A stretch of DNA of 64,000 nt from Bacteroidales bacterium (GTDB taxonomy: Bacteria > Bacteroidota > Bacteroidia > Bacteroidales > UBA5342). Below the pieces are notes generated by a model that did not search any database, was not told the origin of the DNA, and saw only the letters and a program-made list of their open reading frames with translations. Position numbers and translations under genes: made by a program. Location: NCBI GenBank assembly GCA_041584055.1, contig JBFHER010000001.1, positions 17,143 through 81,142 on the forward strand, read 5' to 3'. Position 1 is the first letter of the stretch; each line of letters begins with the position of its first letter. Of the stretch, positions 29,904-40,100 are shown in pieces.

Positions 29904-32771
29904 ATGCAAAAAGAGTATTGGTTAAATATAAGAAGTGGATTTGTAATTGCATGGTTATTGGTGCTAACGTCTTGTTTTGCGCCATTGCAAAAGGAGGATC
30001 AGCTTGCCTCAAACTTTAAAAACCCACCCCATGAGGTTCGTCCGCAGGCATGGTGGTGGTGGCTTCAAACACCTACAACGAAAGAGGCCATTACGCTCGA
30101 TCTGGAAGAAATGAAGGCGAAAGGCCTTTCTGGCTGCATGGTTCTGGATGGAGGAGTTGGGCCTTTTGGCCCCAATAAGTGGAAAAAGCTTACCATCATC
30201 GATACCACCGAAATAAGGTATGAACTGACTGATGAATACAAAGGCGGAAGTCTGGCTCAGCCAATGGAGAAAATGGAAATGTGGTCAAAGCCCTGGCGTG
30301 ATATGGTGCGTTTTGCATCGAAAGAAGCTGGTAGACTGGGATTGGATTTTGGTGTGTTCATAGGACCCGCCGGTTGTGCTGCTCCCTGGGTAACGCCCAA
30401 TTACGGTCAGCAGGAGTTGGTTTGGGATGATACAACAGTAGTTGGAGGCCAGCGGATAGAGCAAACGCTTGAAAAACCGCACACGCCGGTTCAAACAAAA
30501 AGGCAGCCTGAAAATCAGGTCGTAAAGGATGCTCAAAACGCCTTTTACAATGATGTTGCTGTTTTGGCCATTCCTGAAAAGCGAAATCTGAAATTGAATG
30601 AAGTACTTGATATTACCGATAAATTGGATGAAAATGGTTATCTAAAATGGGAGGCTCCGCAAGGCCAGTGGCGAATTATTCGTTTCGGCTATCGTCCAAC
30701 TGGGCGAAATTTGGGAGGCATTTTTTATATTGATCACTTGAGCAAAGAGGTTTTTGATCTGCATTGGGCAAATACAGCAGGTTTACTATTAAGTGAAATG
30801 AGTGATGATGAACGGGTCGCATTTAAGTACGTTGAGTGCGATAGTTGGGAAGCAGGTGATCCAAACTGGACGAAACATTTCCCACAGGAATTTAAAGAAC
30901 GCCGTGGCTATGATATGTTAAAACATCTGCCTGCACTAATTGGTGTAAGCATTGATTCAGAAGAATCTACGAAACATTTTATAAATGATTTCCAATTAAC
31001 CATTAGCGATTTGATTTCCGAAAATCACTATGGAAGGCAGCAGGAAGTGGCTCATGAACAGGGCTTACAATCCTATGCCGAGGCAGCAGGCCCGCACCAG
31101 TATCAGGCTGATTTGAAAAAATGTGTTAGCAAATGTGATGTGGCGATGGGCGAGTTTTGGATGCCTTCGCCTCACCGCGAAAAGCCCAGTGGTCGTTTTT
31201 TTGTGCGCGAGGCAGCAACATCGGCTCATATTTATGGCATCAGGCAGGTTTTTGCTGAATCGTTTACCTCGGTGGGTCCCAACTGGGAGGTGTCGCCATT
31301 TATGATGAAAGCTGCTGCCGATCAGGCCTTTTGCGATGGCTTGAACTGGATTTGCTTCCACACCTTTACCCATCGTCCGTCGGTGACCGAGGTGCCGGGT
31401 TTAACCCATAGTGCCGGAACGCATTTCGACCGCACAAATACATGGTGGAATCAATCGGCACCTTTTGTTACGTATCTTTCACGCTGTTCCTACATGCTTC
31501 AACAAGGCTTGTTTGCTGCCGATGTGCTAATTTATAACGGACATGGCTTGAGAAGGGGTGCAGATGCTTTAGAATGGGCTGATGGCATGAAAAACCCACC
31601 CGCGAGTTTGGGCGCTGGCTACGATTACGACAAGTGCAATGAGGAGGTACTGTTAACCCGACTTGACGTGCAAAACGGAAAGCTCATATTGCCCGACGGC
31701 ATGGATTACAAGCTTTTGGTGATCGATGAAAAAACACCCGTGTCGTTAAATGCGCTCAAAAAGATAGTGAGCCTGGTTGAGCAGGGAGCAACGGTTATGG
31801 GCAAAATAGAAATCCCAATGTTGAGTAAAGCGGATGATGCCGCTGAGTATCAAAAACTATTGAAGCGCATTTGGGGCAATACAGAGGAAGGCGAAAACGC
31901 CTTTGGGAAAGGACAAGTGGTGTGGAACCGAAGCATACGTGAGGTCTTGCAAAACAAGAACATACTTCCCGATTTTGAGTGTTCAGGTTTAAGCGATGCC
32001 GGAGTGGTGGATTTTATTCATCGCAAAACAGAAGATGGAGATATTTATTACCTTGCCAGTCGATGGCAGCCAAGTGAGAAAGTGGAATGTACATTCAGGG
32101 TAAGTGGCAAGCAACCCGAATTGTGGGATCCAGTGACGGGAGAAACACGTATTTTAACCAAGTTTAAGGTTGAAAACGGCCGTACCATCATTCCAATGGA
32201 ATTTGGACCTTGTTCATCATACTTTGTTGTTTTTAAAGAACCAATATCGGTACAGAATTCAGCTTCAAACTGGCCGACATTTAAACCGGTACAACAAATA
32301 GAAGGGGCTTGGGAAGTGCATTTTGATAAAAAATGGGGAGGGCCCGAATCTGTGATCTTTAAAAACCTAAGTGATTGGTCAAAGCATACTGATGCAGGAA
32401 TCAAATATTATTCAGGCACAGCGACATACCACAAGTCTTTTGATTGTAATAATTGGAATGAGGATGGCGAGCTTTATCTCGATTTAGGAAAAGTACACGA
32501 ATTAGCTCAGGTGAAATTAAACGGCGTCGATTTAGGCGTAGCCTGGACAAAACCTTTTCGTGTCGATATCACCTCGCATGTCAGGGCCAAAGGCAACCAA
32601 CTGGAGATTGCGGTGGTCAACCTCTGGCCCAATCGCCTTATTGGTGATGAGTTTCTTCCTGAAGAAGAAAGATATACGCAAACGAATATCCGTAAATTTA
32701 CTAAAAACAGCAGCTTGCTACCTTCTGGCCTAATTGGGCCAGTCCAAATCATCACAAAAAAGAATGATTAA
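29904..32771 (+). CDS. GH106-like glycoside hydrolase lipoprotein (putative alpha-L-rhamnosidase) with C-terminal jelly-roll domain
   Basis: 'FKNPPHEVRPQAWWWWL' N-terminal signature. C-terminal 'YYSGTATYHKSF...VVNLWPNRLIGDE...LLPSGLIGPV'. The track start at 29817 overlaps the previous gene by 64 nt. The ATG at 29904 gives the lipoprotein signal '...LVLTSCF'. Confidence 0.65.
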   Translation: MQKEYWLNIRSGFVIAWLLVLTSCFAPLQKEDQLASNFKNPPHEVRPQAWWWWLQTPTTKEAITLDLEEMKAKGLSGCMVLDGGVGPFGPNKWKKLTIIDTTEIRYELTDEYKGGSLAQPMEKMEMWSKPWRDMVRFASKEAGRLGLDFGVFIGPAGCAAPWVTPNYGQQELVWDDTTVVGGQRIEQTLEKPHTPVQTKRQPENQVVKDAQNAFYNDVAVLAIPEKRNLKLNEVLDITDKLDENGYLKWEAPQGQWRIIRFGYRPTGRNLGGIFYIDHLSKEVFDLHWANTAGLLLSEMSDDERVAFKYVECDSWEAGDPNWTKHFPQEFKERRGYDMLKHLPALIGVSIDSEESTKHFINDFQLTISDLISENHYGRQQEVAHEQGLQSYAEAAGPHQYQADLKKCVSKCDVAMGEFWMPSPHREKPSGRFFVREAATSAHIYGIRQVFAESFTSVGPNWEVSPFMMKAAADQAFCDGLNWICFHTFTHRPSVTEVPGLTHSAGTHFDRTNTWWNQSAPFVTYLSRCSYMLQQGLFAADVLIYNGHGLRRGADALEWADGMKNPPASLGAGYDYDKCNEEVLLTRLDVQNGKLILPDGMDYKLLVIDEKTPVSLNALKKIVSLVEQGATVMGKIEIPMLSKADDAAEYQKLLKRIWGNTEEGENAFGKGQVVWNRSIREVLQNKNILPDFECSGLSDAGVVDFIHRKTEDGDIYYLASRWQPSEKVECTFRVSGKQPELWDPVTGETRILTKFKVENGRTIIPMEFGPCSSYFVVFKEPISVQNSASNWPTFKPVQQIEGAWEVHFDKKWGGPESVIFKNLSDWSKHTDAGIKYYSGTATYHKSFDCNNWNEDGELYLDLGKVHELAQVKLNGVDLGVAWTKPFRVDITSHVRAKGNQLEIAVVNLWPNRLIGDEFLPEEERYTQTNIRKFTKNSSLLPSGLIGPVQIITKKND

Positions 32772-32930
32772 ATGTTCATCAATATAAAAACGAGCCAACA
32801 CAAATAATGCTTTTAAAAAGACAATAAATAATCGGCGAGATCCGCAAAACACTTAAAAAAAAGATACATGAAACATGTGGCTTCCGATGGCTATCGGAAC
32901 CATCTGATAAAAAAATAAAATTATATACAG

Positions 32931-35264
32931 ATGAAAAAAATGCTATTCGTTGCAATCATTATTTTTACAACACACCATGCAAATGCTGCCAATTGGAAAA
33001 ACGCCCGGTGGATTTGGCAACAAGAGGATGGACCATCCAACACCTGGATGAGTTTTAGAAAAACAGTAAGCATTGATGAAGTACCTGAGGTGGTGGAAGC
33101 ACAGATTTCTGTGGATAGTAAATTTTGGCTTTGGATCAATGGCGAGTTGGTACTGTTCGAAGGTGGATTGTCTAGAGGGCCAAGTCAGGCTGGTGAGTGG
33201 GTTAGAAAAAAACAAATAACCCCGGCCAACTCGTGGTATGAAACCGTAAATATTCAACCTTATTTAAAGAAAGGTGAAAATACAATTGCCGTTTTGGTGT
33301 GGTATTGGGGACGCGAAACCCATAAAGGAACGCACATCGATAGTAAAAAAGGAGGCCTGTTATTTTCTTCACTTATTGGAAAACAAAAAGTGGTCTCAGA
33401 TGCTTCATGGAAAGCAATACAGCATCCTGCATATGATAATACCATTGATCCGGCCAGCAAAAATTTGGTTCAGTACAGTGTGAAGTTTGATGCGCAACTA
33501 GCGATGAATGATTGGTCGGATAAGGCCTGGTATACATCCGATTTCTCAGATAAAGAGTGGCCTGCTGCCATTGAAAAAGGAGCGGTAGGTATTGCCCCCT
33601 GGTATAATACAGAAAAGAATATCGTACCGCACTTAGTCAATCATGGTTTGCAGAACTATGACAATCATTCCGACTTAAAATTACCTTTCACAAGTCAAGG
33701 GAAAACCATAAAATGTCGCTTACTTTTTAATAAACAAATTACTCCCTATTTAGAAATTGAAGCCAAAGCGGGTGATACAATTTTTATGACGACCGATAAC
33801 CGCCTGAATGGCATCAATGCCACTTACATTACCAAAGAAGGTACGCAATCCTTCGAGAGCTTTTCTTGGATGAGTGGTCATGAAGTGCACTACACCATTC
33901 CTGCGGGTGTTAAGGTGAAAGCCTTGAAATACCGATGGATGAGCGTGGGCGAAATGGTTGGAAAATTTGAAGTGGATGATCCGTTTTATACTCGTTTATG
34001 GGAAATGGGAAATAACACCCTGTTTGTTTGTGCGCGCGATAATTTTATGGATTGTCCCGATAGAGAACGTGCTTTGTGGATTGGCGATGTGGCTGACCAA
34101 ACCGGTTATTTGTTCTATTCAATGGACAATGCCGGTCGTCAATTACTGAAAAAGGCCATTTTACAGACTGTACGTTTTAGTCAGGATGGTGTGCTTGGTG
34201 CACTGGGTCCACTTCGTGTTCGTGAACTCGTTGGTCAGAGCCTACAGTTTATCGCCCAGGTGGTTTGGCCTTACTATTTCAATACCGGCGACCTGGAAAC
34301 ACTGGAAATAGCCTATCCGTATGTGTATGATTATTTAGCCCTTTTCCCAATGGAAAGTAATGGTTTGCCTCAGTACCGCAAAGGCCAAAGTCCTGATTCG
34401 TGGGACTGGCTGGATTGGGGTGTAAAAGGTACTATAGATGCACAACCCATGCAACCGGCGTATTATTACCAGGCTTTAATTGAAGCAAGAAAAATGGCTG
34501 AAGTTCTCGGAATAAAGGAGCACCTGGCATTTTACTCCGAGCGTATTAATAGCATCAAAGAAAATTACGATAAGGCATTTTGGAAAGATGGATACTACAG
34601 TTCCGATGGTAAGTTGAAAGACGACCGGGCCAATGCTCTGGCAGTTACATCAGGCCTGGCAAAACCAGAAAACTACGAAGCCATTGTCGAAAATGTATTG
34701 GTGCCTATTAAATACAGCAGTCCGCATTTTGAATGGGTGGCCGAAGAGGCTTTATTTATTGCCGGAGCGCCAGAACTTTCATTAGAGCGTATGAAATCAC
34801 AATACGAAGGTCAAGTAAATTCAGGCTTATCCACGCTTTACGAAATGTTCCCCAAAGGCGGCAGTTACAACCACGCATGGAATGGGTCCAATACCATCCT
34901 ATCTAAATACATTGCTGGGGTAGCACCGACCAAAGTAGGGTGGAGCGAATATCAAATTATGCCAACGCTACTTCATTTTAAGCAGTTGAAGAAAACCATC
35001 CCAACTGTAAAAGGGAATGTTGATATCGCAATGGAAGTAACGGATGAAAACTATCAGATGGAACTCGTTTCTCCTGAAAATACGGTTGCTGTTGTAGGTA
35101 TTCCAAAACAAGGACGCGAAATATCAGAAGTAAGGGTAAATGGCGAGTTGGTATGGAAGAATAACTACAAAGCAAAAGCTGATGGGGTGTCATGGAAGGG
35201 TGAGGACGATGACTATCTATTATTTTTGGTTGAACCGGGGGAGTGGTTATTCATTGCCCAGTAG
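32931..35264 (+). CDS. GH78 alpha-L-rhamnosidase
   Basis: Signal peptide. 'ARWIWQQED...AQISVDSKFWLWINGELV' (Bac_rhamnosid_N-like). 'MDCPDRERALWIGD'. Six-hairpin region and C-terminal beta domain. Confidence 0.85.
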   Translation: MKKMLFVAIIIFTTHHANAANWKNARWIWQQEDGPSNTWMSFRKTVSIDEVPEVVEAQISVDSKFWLWINGELVLFEGGLSRGPSQAGEWVRKKQITPANSWYETVNIQPYLKKGENTIAVLVWYWGRETHKGTHIDSKKGGLLFSSLIGKQKVVSDASWKAIQHPAYDNTIDPASKNLVQYSVKFDAQLAMNDWSDKAWYTSDFSDKEWPAAIEKGAVGIAPWYNTEKNIVPHLVNHGLQNYDNHSDLKLPFTSQGKTIKCRLLFNKQITPYLEIEAKAGDTIFMTTDNRLNGINATYITKEGTQSFESFSWMSGHEVHYTIPAGVKVKALKYRWMSVGEMVGKFEVDDPFYTRLWEMGNNTLFVCARDNFMDCPDRERALWIGDVADQTGYLFYSMDNAGRQLLKKAILQTVRFSQDGVLGALGPLRVRELVGQSLQFIAQVVWPYYFNTGDLETLEIAYPYVYDYLALFPMESNGLPQYRKGQSPDSWDWLDWGVKGTIDAQPMQPAYYYQALIEARKMAEVLGIKEHLAFYSERINSIKENYDKAFWKDGYYSSDGKLKDDRANALAVTSGLAKPENYEAIVENVLVPIKYSSPHFEWVAEEALFIAGAPELSLERMKSQYEGQVNSGLSTLYEMFPKGGSYNHAWNGSNTILSKYIAGVAPTKVGWSEYQIMPTLLHFKQLKKTIPTVKGNVDIAMEVTDENYQMELVSPENTVAVVGIPKQGREISEVRVNGELVWKNNYKAKADGVSWKGEDDDYLLFLVEPGEWLFIAQ

Positions 35265-35310
35265 AGAATGTTATAAAAAGGTGATTTATTTATCATTAGA
35301 ATTTTAGAAA

Positions 35311-36735
35311 ATGAGAATTATTTTATGTGTGATGATGGCAATCTTGATGATGTCATGCCAATCAAAAAAAGAAGTTAAACAACCCAATGTGGTTTTTGTA
35401 TTAACCGATCAGTGGAGAGCGCAAGATCTTGGTTTTGTTGGTAACGAACAGGTTATTACACCTGCTATTGATAAATTGTCTAAAGAAGCTGTGGTTTTCA
35501 CAAATGCCATCTCAAACATTCCAGTTTGTACACCAGCTCGAGCTTCGTTAATGACAGGTAAATATCCTCTTAGTCATGGACTTTTTTACAATGATAAACC
35601 GCTGAAAACGGAAGAGTATTGTATTGCTGAGGTGTATAAGGAGAACGGTTACAATACGGGTTATATTGGCAAATGGCATATCAATGGTCATCCAAAAGGA
35701 ATGAAAAACAATGAAGGACGAGCATTACCTGTGACTGCCGATCGTCGTCAGGGATTTGATTACTGGAAAGTGCACGAATGCACCCACAACTACAACAACT
35801 CGGATTATTTTGATGAAAATAATGTAAAACACACCTGGGAAGGTTACGATGCCATTGCTCAAACCAGGGATGCGATTCAGTATATGCAGGCTAATAAAGA
35901 GAAGCCCTTTGTTTTATTTGTTTCATATGGGCCGCCACATGCGCCTTATCAAACAGCCCCTAAAGAGTATAAGGATATGTACAAAGATATGGACATTCAA
36001 TTGCGCCCGAATGTGCCGGAAGATAAAGCTGCAAAAGCCAGGGAAGATATCAGAGGCTATTATGCTCATATCACCGCACTCGATGATTGTATCGCTGAAT
36101 TACAACAAGAAATTAAAAATTTAGGGTTAGAAGAAAACACCATTTTCGTTTTCACCTCCGACCATGGCGATATGCTTTATTCTCACTCACAAACAAAAAA
36201 GCAAAAGCCCTGGGAAGAGTCAATTCACATCCCTTTTATGCTAAAATATCCAGCTAAGCTAAAAGCAGGAACGCAAATGACGAAGATGTTTTCATTTCCA
36301 GATATTATGCCCACGCTTTTAGGAATGTGTAATTTACCTATTCCAGAAACGGTAGAAGGAGTGGATTATACAGGGCAATTATTAGGAACGGAGGAATTGG
36401 ATGTAGAGGCCGCCTTCATTACCTGTCCTGTTCCTTTTCACCAATGGAAATATCTGGTTGGAGGCCGCGAATATAGAGGGGTGAGAACAGAAAGATACAC
36501 CTATGTGTGCGACCTCAATGGCCCTTGGTTATTGTATGATAATTTGAATGATCCTTATCAATTGAATAATGTAGTAGGTCAAGATGCATATAAATCAATT
36601 CAAGCTGATTTATATGCTGAGCTACAAGCGATTTTAGACAAGCATGGGGATGAATTTTTACCTGGTGAAGACTATATGGAACAATGGGGATACCATTGGG
36701 ATGGTAGTGATAGTCTAAAAGCTAAAAACAGGTAA
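35311..36735 (+). CDS. S1-family (formylglycine-dependent) sulfatase, lipoprotein
   Basis: 'PNVVFVLTDQWRAQ', FGly motif 'CTPARASLMTGKYP', 'GKWH', 'FVFTSDHGDM'. Confidence 0.93.
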   Translation: MRIILCVMMAILMMSCQSKKEVKQPNVVFVLTDQWRAQDLGFVGNEQVITPAIDKLSKEAVVFTNAISNIPVCTPARASLMTGKYPLSHGLFYNDKPLKTEEYCIAEVYKENGYNTGYIGKWHINGHPKGMKNNEGRALPVTADRRQGFDYWKVHECTHNYNNSDYFDENNVKHTWEGYDAIAQTRDAIQYMQANKEKPFVLFVSYGPPHAPYQTAPKEYKDMYKDMDIQLRPNVPEDKAAKAREDIRGYYAHITALDDCIAELQQEIKNLGLEENTIFVFTSDHGDMLYSHSQTKKQKPWEESIHIPFMLKYPAKLKAGTQMTKMFSFPDIMPTLLGMCNLPIPETVEGVDYTGQLLGTEELDVEAAFITCPVPFHQWKYLVGGREYRGVRTERYTYVCDLNGPWLLYDNLNDPYQLNNVVGQDAYKSIQADLYAELQAILDKHGDEFLPGEDYMEQWGYHWDGSDSLKAKNR

Positions 36736-36765
36736 GAAGTTCGGAAACTCGAATAACAGTATTAA

Positions 36766-37170
36766 ATATCAAAAATATTTGGAAATGAAGACAATAAGTA
36801 TTTCTCTGGCATAGCTTATTATTGCACTGGTTTTGAGTTAAACGAAGCAGAGGCACAGCAGTCACTTTCTATTGGTTTTGAACGAATCAGTACCATGACA
36901 GCTGAGAAGTTGAACAGAAAGGAGCTTGGGACCTTTGGGAGCACGTTTTGCCGTATGCATATTTCGTCTGCAACCAAGACAGGTGTAAACCAGCCAGAGG
37001 GGAAGGTGACTAATAATTGGGTCAACCAACTGCTATGGCGAACAAATAAACCAGTAGAAAAACGAGACACCTGGCAACTGGTACATGTGCTTGAGGAAAT
37101 GCCCAATGATGGCATCATGTCTTCTGGTATTTGGGGCGAAGTGATGATATTAACTGTGAATGATAAATAA
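36766..37170 (+). pseudogene. Decayed relic of the C-terminal jelly-roll domain of a GH106-like gene
   Basis: An open frame runs from 36766 (the track lists only 36895-37170). 'YFSGIAYYCTGF...LNRKELGT..FCRMHIS..EGKVTNNWVNQLL...SSGIWGEVMIL' aligns by eye with 'YFSGTATYKKDF...VNGHNLGV..PYRMNMD..EVRVTNLWPNRLIGDE...PSGLLGPVKIV' of the next gene. No N-terminal catalytic part, and the conserved motif is degraded. Confidence 0.55.
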
Positions 37171-37178
37171 ACGATATA

Positions 37179-40100
37179 ATGGATAATCGAGTAATGAAAA
37201 TAATATTAAAAGCATTGCTAAGCAAAACCATCTTTATTGCCTTATTACTGAATGTGCTTCTATCAGATATAGAAGCTCAAAACACATCGCTAGAACATCA
37301 ATTTCAGAATCCGCCATCTTCGGCAAAGGCCATCGTTTGGTGGCACTGGATAAATGGAAATGTGAACAAAGAGAACATAACAGCTGACCTGGAAGCGATG
37401 AAAGAAATTGGGATTCAAGGTGCCCAGCTTTTTGATGTTAGCTTAGGGCAGCCCGAAGGACCGATATCTTATTTAAGTACGGAATGGCTCGAACTCTTTA
37501 ATTTTGCGGCTTTAGAAGCCCAACGTTTGGGACTCGACCTTGCTTTTCATAATTGCGCAGGTTGGTCATCAACGGGTGGACCATCCATCACCCCGGAATA
37601 TGCTATGCAAAAACTGGTTTATACTGAGACCTTACATCAAGGAGACCATTTATTCAAAGCTCAGTTAGCTCAACCAGAAACTAATTTGGGCTACTACAAA
37701 GACATTGCTATACTTGCCTTTCCCAAACCACAACACGATGAGCGTATCAATGATTTGGATTTCAAAAGCCTTGCTGGTAAAGTACGCAACCATTTAGCGC
37801 CTGATGATAAAACTGTTTCTGAACAGGCAGTGGTGAAAAAATCGGATATTATTGATTTGACATCAAGGGTGCGTATTGATGGTAGCTTAGAATGGGAGGC
37901 TCCGGAGGGAGAATGGGTCATTCTGCGATTGGGACATACACCAACGGGTATGATGAATCGTTTTCCTAGTCATGGTGGTCGTGGCTTAGAGTGTGATAAA
38001 ATGAATCGTCAGGCCGTTGATGTATTTTGGGAAGGCGGCATTCAGCCCATCATTAACCGACTAGATACACTAATAGGTACGGTCGTTAAAAAATGTCATA
38101 TTGATAGTTATGAGGTGGGAACAGCCAACTGGACGTCGAATTTTGCCAATGAGTTCAAAAAACTTCGGGCTTACAATTGTCGGTCGTATTTGCCTGCTTT
38201 GGCTGGTTACTATGTGGAAAGTGGTGAAGAAACAGAGCGTTTTCTTTGGGATTTCCGTCGTACCATTGGCGATTTAATGGCTGAGCATTATTACGGGCGT
38301 TTTAGTGAACTTTGTCACCAACATGGGATGATTTTTTCAACAGAACCCTACTGGGGACCTTTTGATAATATGCAAGTGGGCGCAACGGCTGACCTGGTTA
38401 TGTCTGAGTTTTGGAGTGGTAGTTTAGCATTTTTTGATTCGCCAAAATTTGTGGCTTCCATTGCTAAATTAAATGGAAGTACTATAGCTGAGGCCGAAGC
38501 CTTTACTGCCATGGGAGGGTGGAATGAACATCCGGCCTCTCTGAAAGCAATGGGTGATATGGCTTGGGCGCAAGGCATCAATCGTTTTGTTTTTCACAGC
38601 TATGTACACCAACCGTGGGAAGTGGCACCTGGTCTAACCTTAGGGCCTTTTGGTATTGACTTTAACCGTTTAAATACCTGGTGGGATCAGGGTAAACCGT
38701 TTATCGATTATATCGCCCGAGGGCAGTTTCTATTGCAGCAAGGCACATCAGTAGCCGATGTGTTGGTCTTTACAGGCGAGGCTTCACCTAATGATGGATT
38801 GCTGATACCTGAGTTAAAAGCAATGGGTTATGATTACGATTTGATAGGGAAAAACAAGTTGGATGTACTTAGCGTAAAGGATGGGTTGATTTGTACTCCG
38901 CTTGGGGATTCTTATCAAGCGTTGGTGATTCCTAAAACCAACTGGTTAACGCCTGAAGTACTAAACATAATTGATAAGTTGGTAAAGTCTGGTGCAACGA
39001 TCATTGGGTCTAAACCTACAAAATCACCAGGTCTTCAGAATTATCCGGAATGCGATCAGCAGGTCGCACAACTGGCTGAATACTTATGGGGAAGCAACTT
39101 AATAAGAGATGGTTCAGTGGTTGATTTTCTGAAAAATGGGACACTTCTACCCGATTTTTCAATTGAAAAAGGGAGTAGAGAAGAAATTGACTATTTACAC
39201 CGAAGAACAAAGGAGGAAGATATTTATTTTGTAGCCAACGCTAGAAGAGAGAACCGTAAGGAATCTTGTTGTTTTCGTGTGTCAGGCAAAGTGCCCGAAT
39301 TGTGGAATGCCGAAACGGGTACATTATCACAAGCTTCTGTATGGCAAGATAACGGTGATGGTACTACAACAGTTGATATTCCATTTGACTCAGAAGGATC
39401 TGTATTTGTTGTCTTCAGAAAGCCTGTGTCTTCAGACGAACACATTGTGCGCACATCAATGATACTTCATAAGCCAGCACTAAAACCACTGCTCAACTTA
39501 GAGATTATAAAGGCCGAATATGGCACCTTTTTACCCGATGGTTTGGTGGATGTGACTGAAATTGTCAAGCATAAAGTTCAGGATAACAGCTTAATAGTAG
39601 AAGCTACGCGTAGCCTTTGTGATGGTGATCCTGCTCCTGGTTATCATAAGGAACTACGCATTCAATATCGCATAAATAATGTCATTCTGGAAAAGAATGC
39701 CATGGAAAAAGAATGGCTTGAAATAGTCAATGCAGAACGTGGAGAACTTGAGATTATGAAAGCCGTTTTTGGTAAGTTCGAACGTGGCGTAGATGGTATA
39801 CCTCCTAACAAACCGATTTACGATGTCACGGAAAAAGTGAAAGCTCAAATTGCTAATGGCACTTTGGAGATTCCCATAAACGACGCTTTTGTGAAAGACA
39901 AACCAGGCTTTAACACAACCCATGCATTACGTATCACTTATACCACAAAAAGTGGAGAGTTTACCCGTACAGTGCCTCAGGGCAGCGTTTTGAGCTTGAA
40001 TCAGGATATGTCACCTTCACAACTGATCAATAAAAACGGTAAAGCCATTTGGCGAACGCCTTACCCAGGTACCTTAAAGTATACGACTTCCCTGGGGAAA

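Noticed and set aside
36819-37118. 99-aa minus-strand ORF in the 36.7-37.2 kb gap
   Set aside because: It is antisense to the frame that aligns with the GH106-like C-terminal domain. The + strand frame explains the region better, and the minus-strand product has no recognisable similarity.
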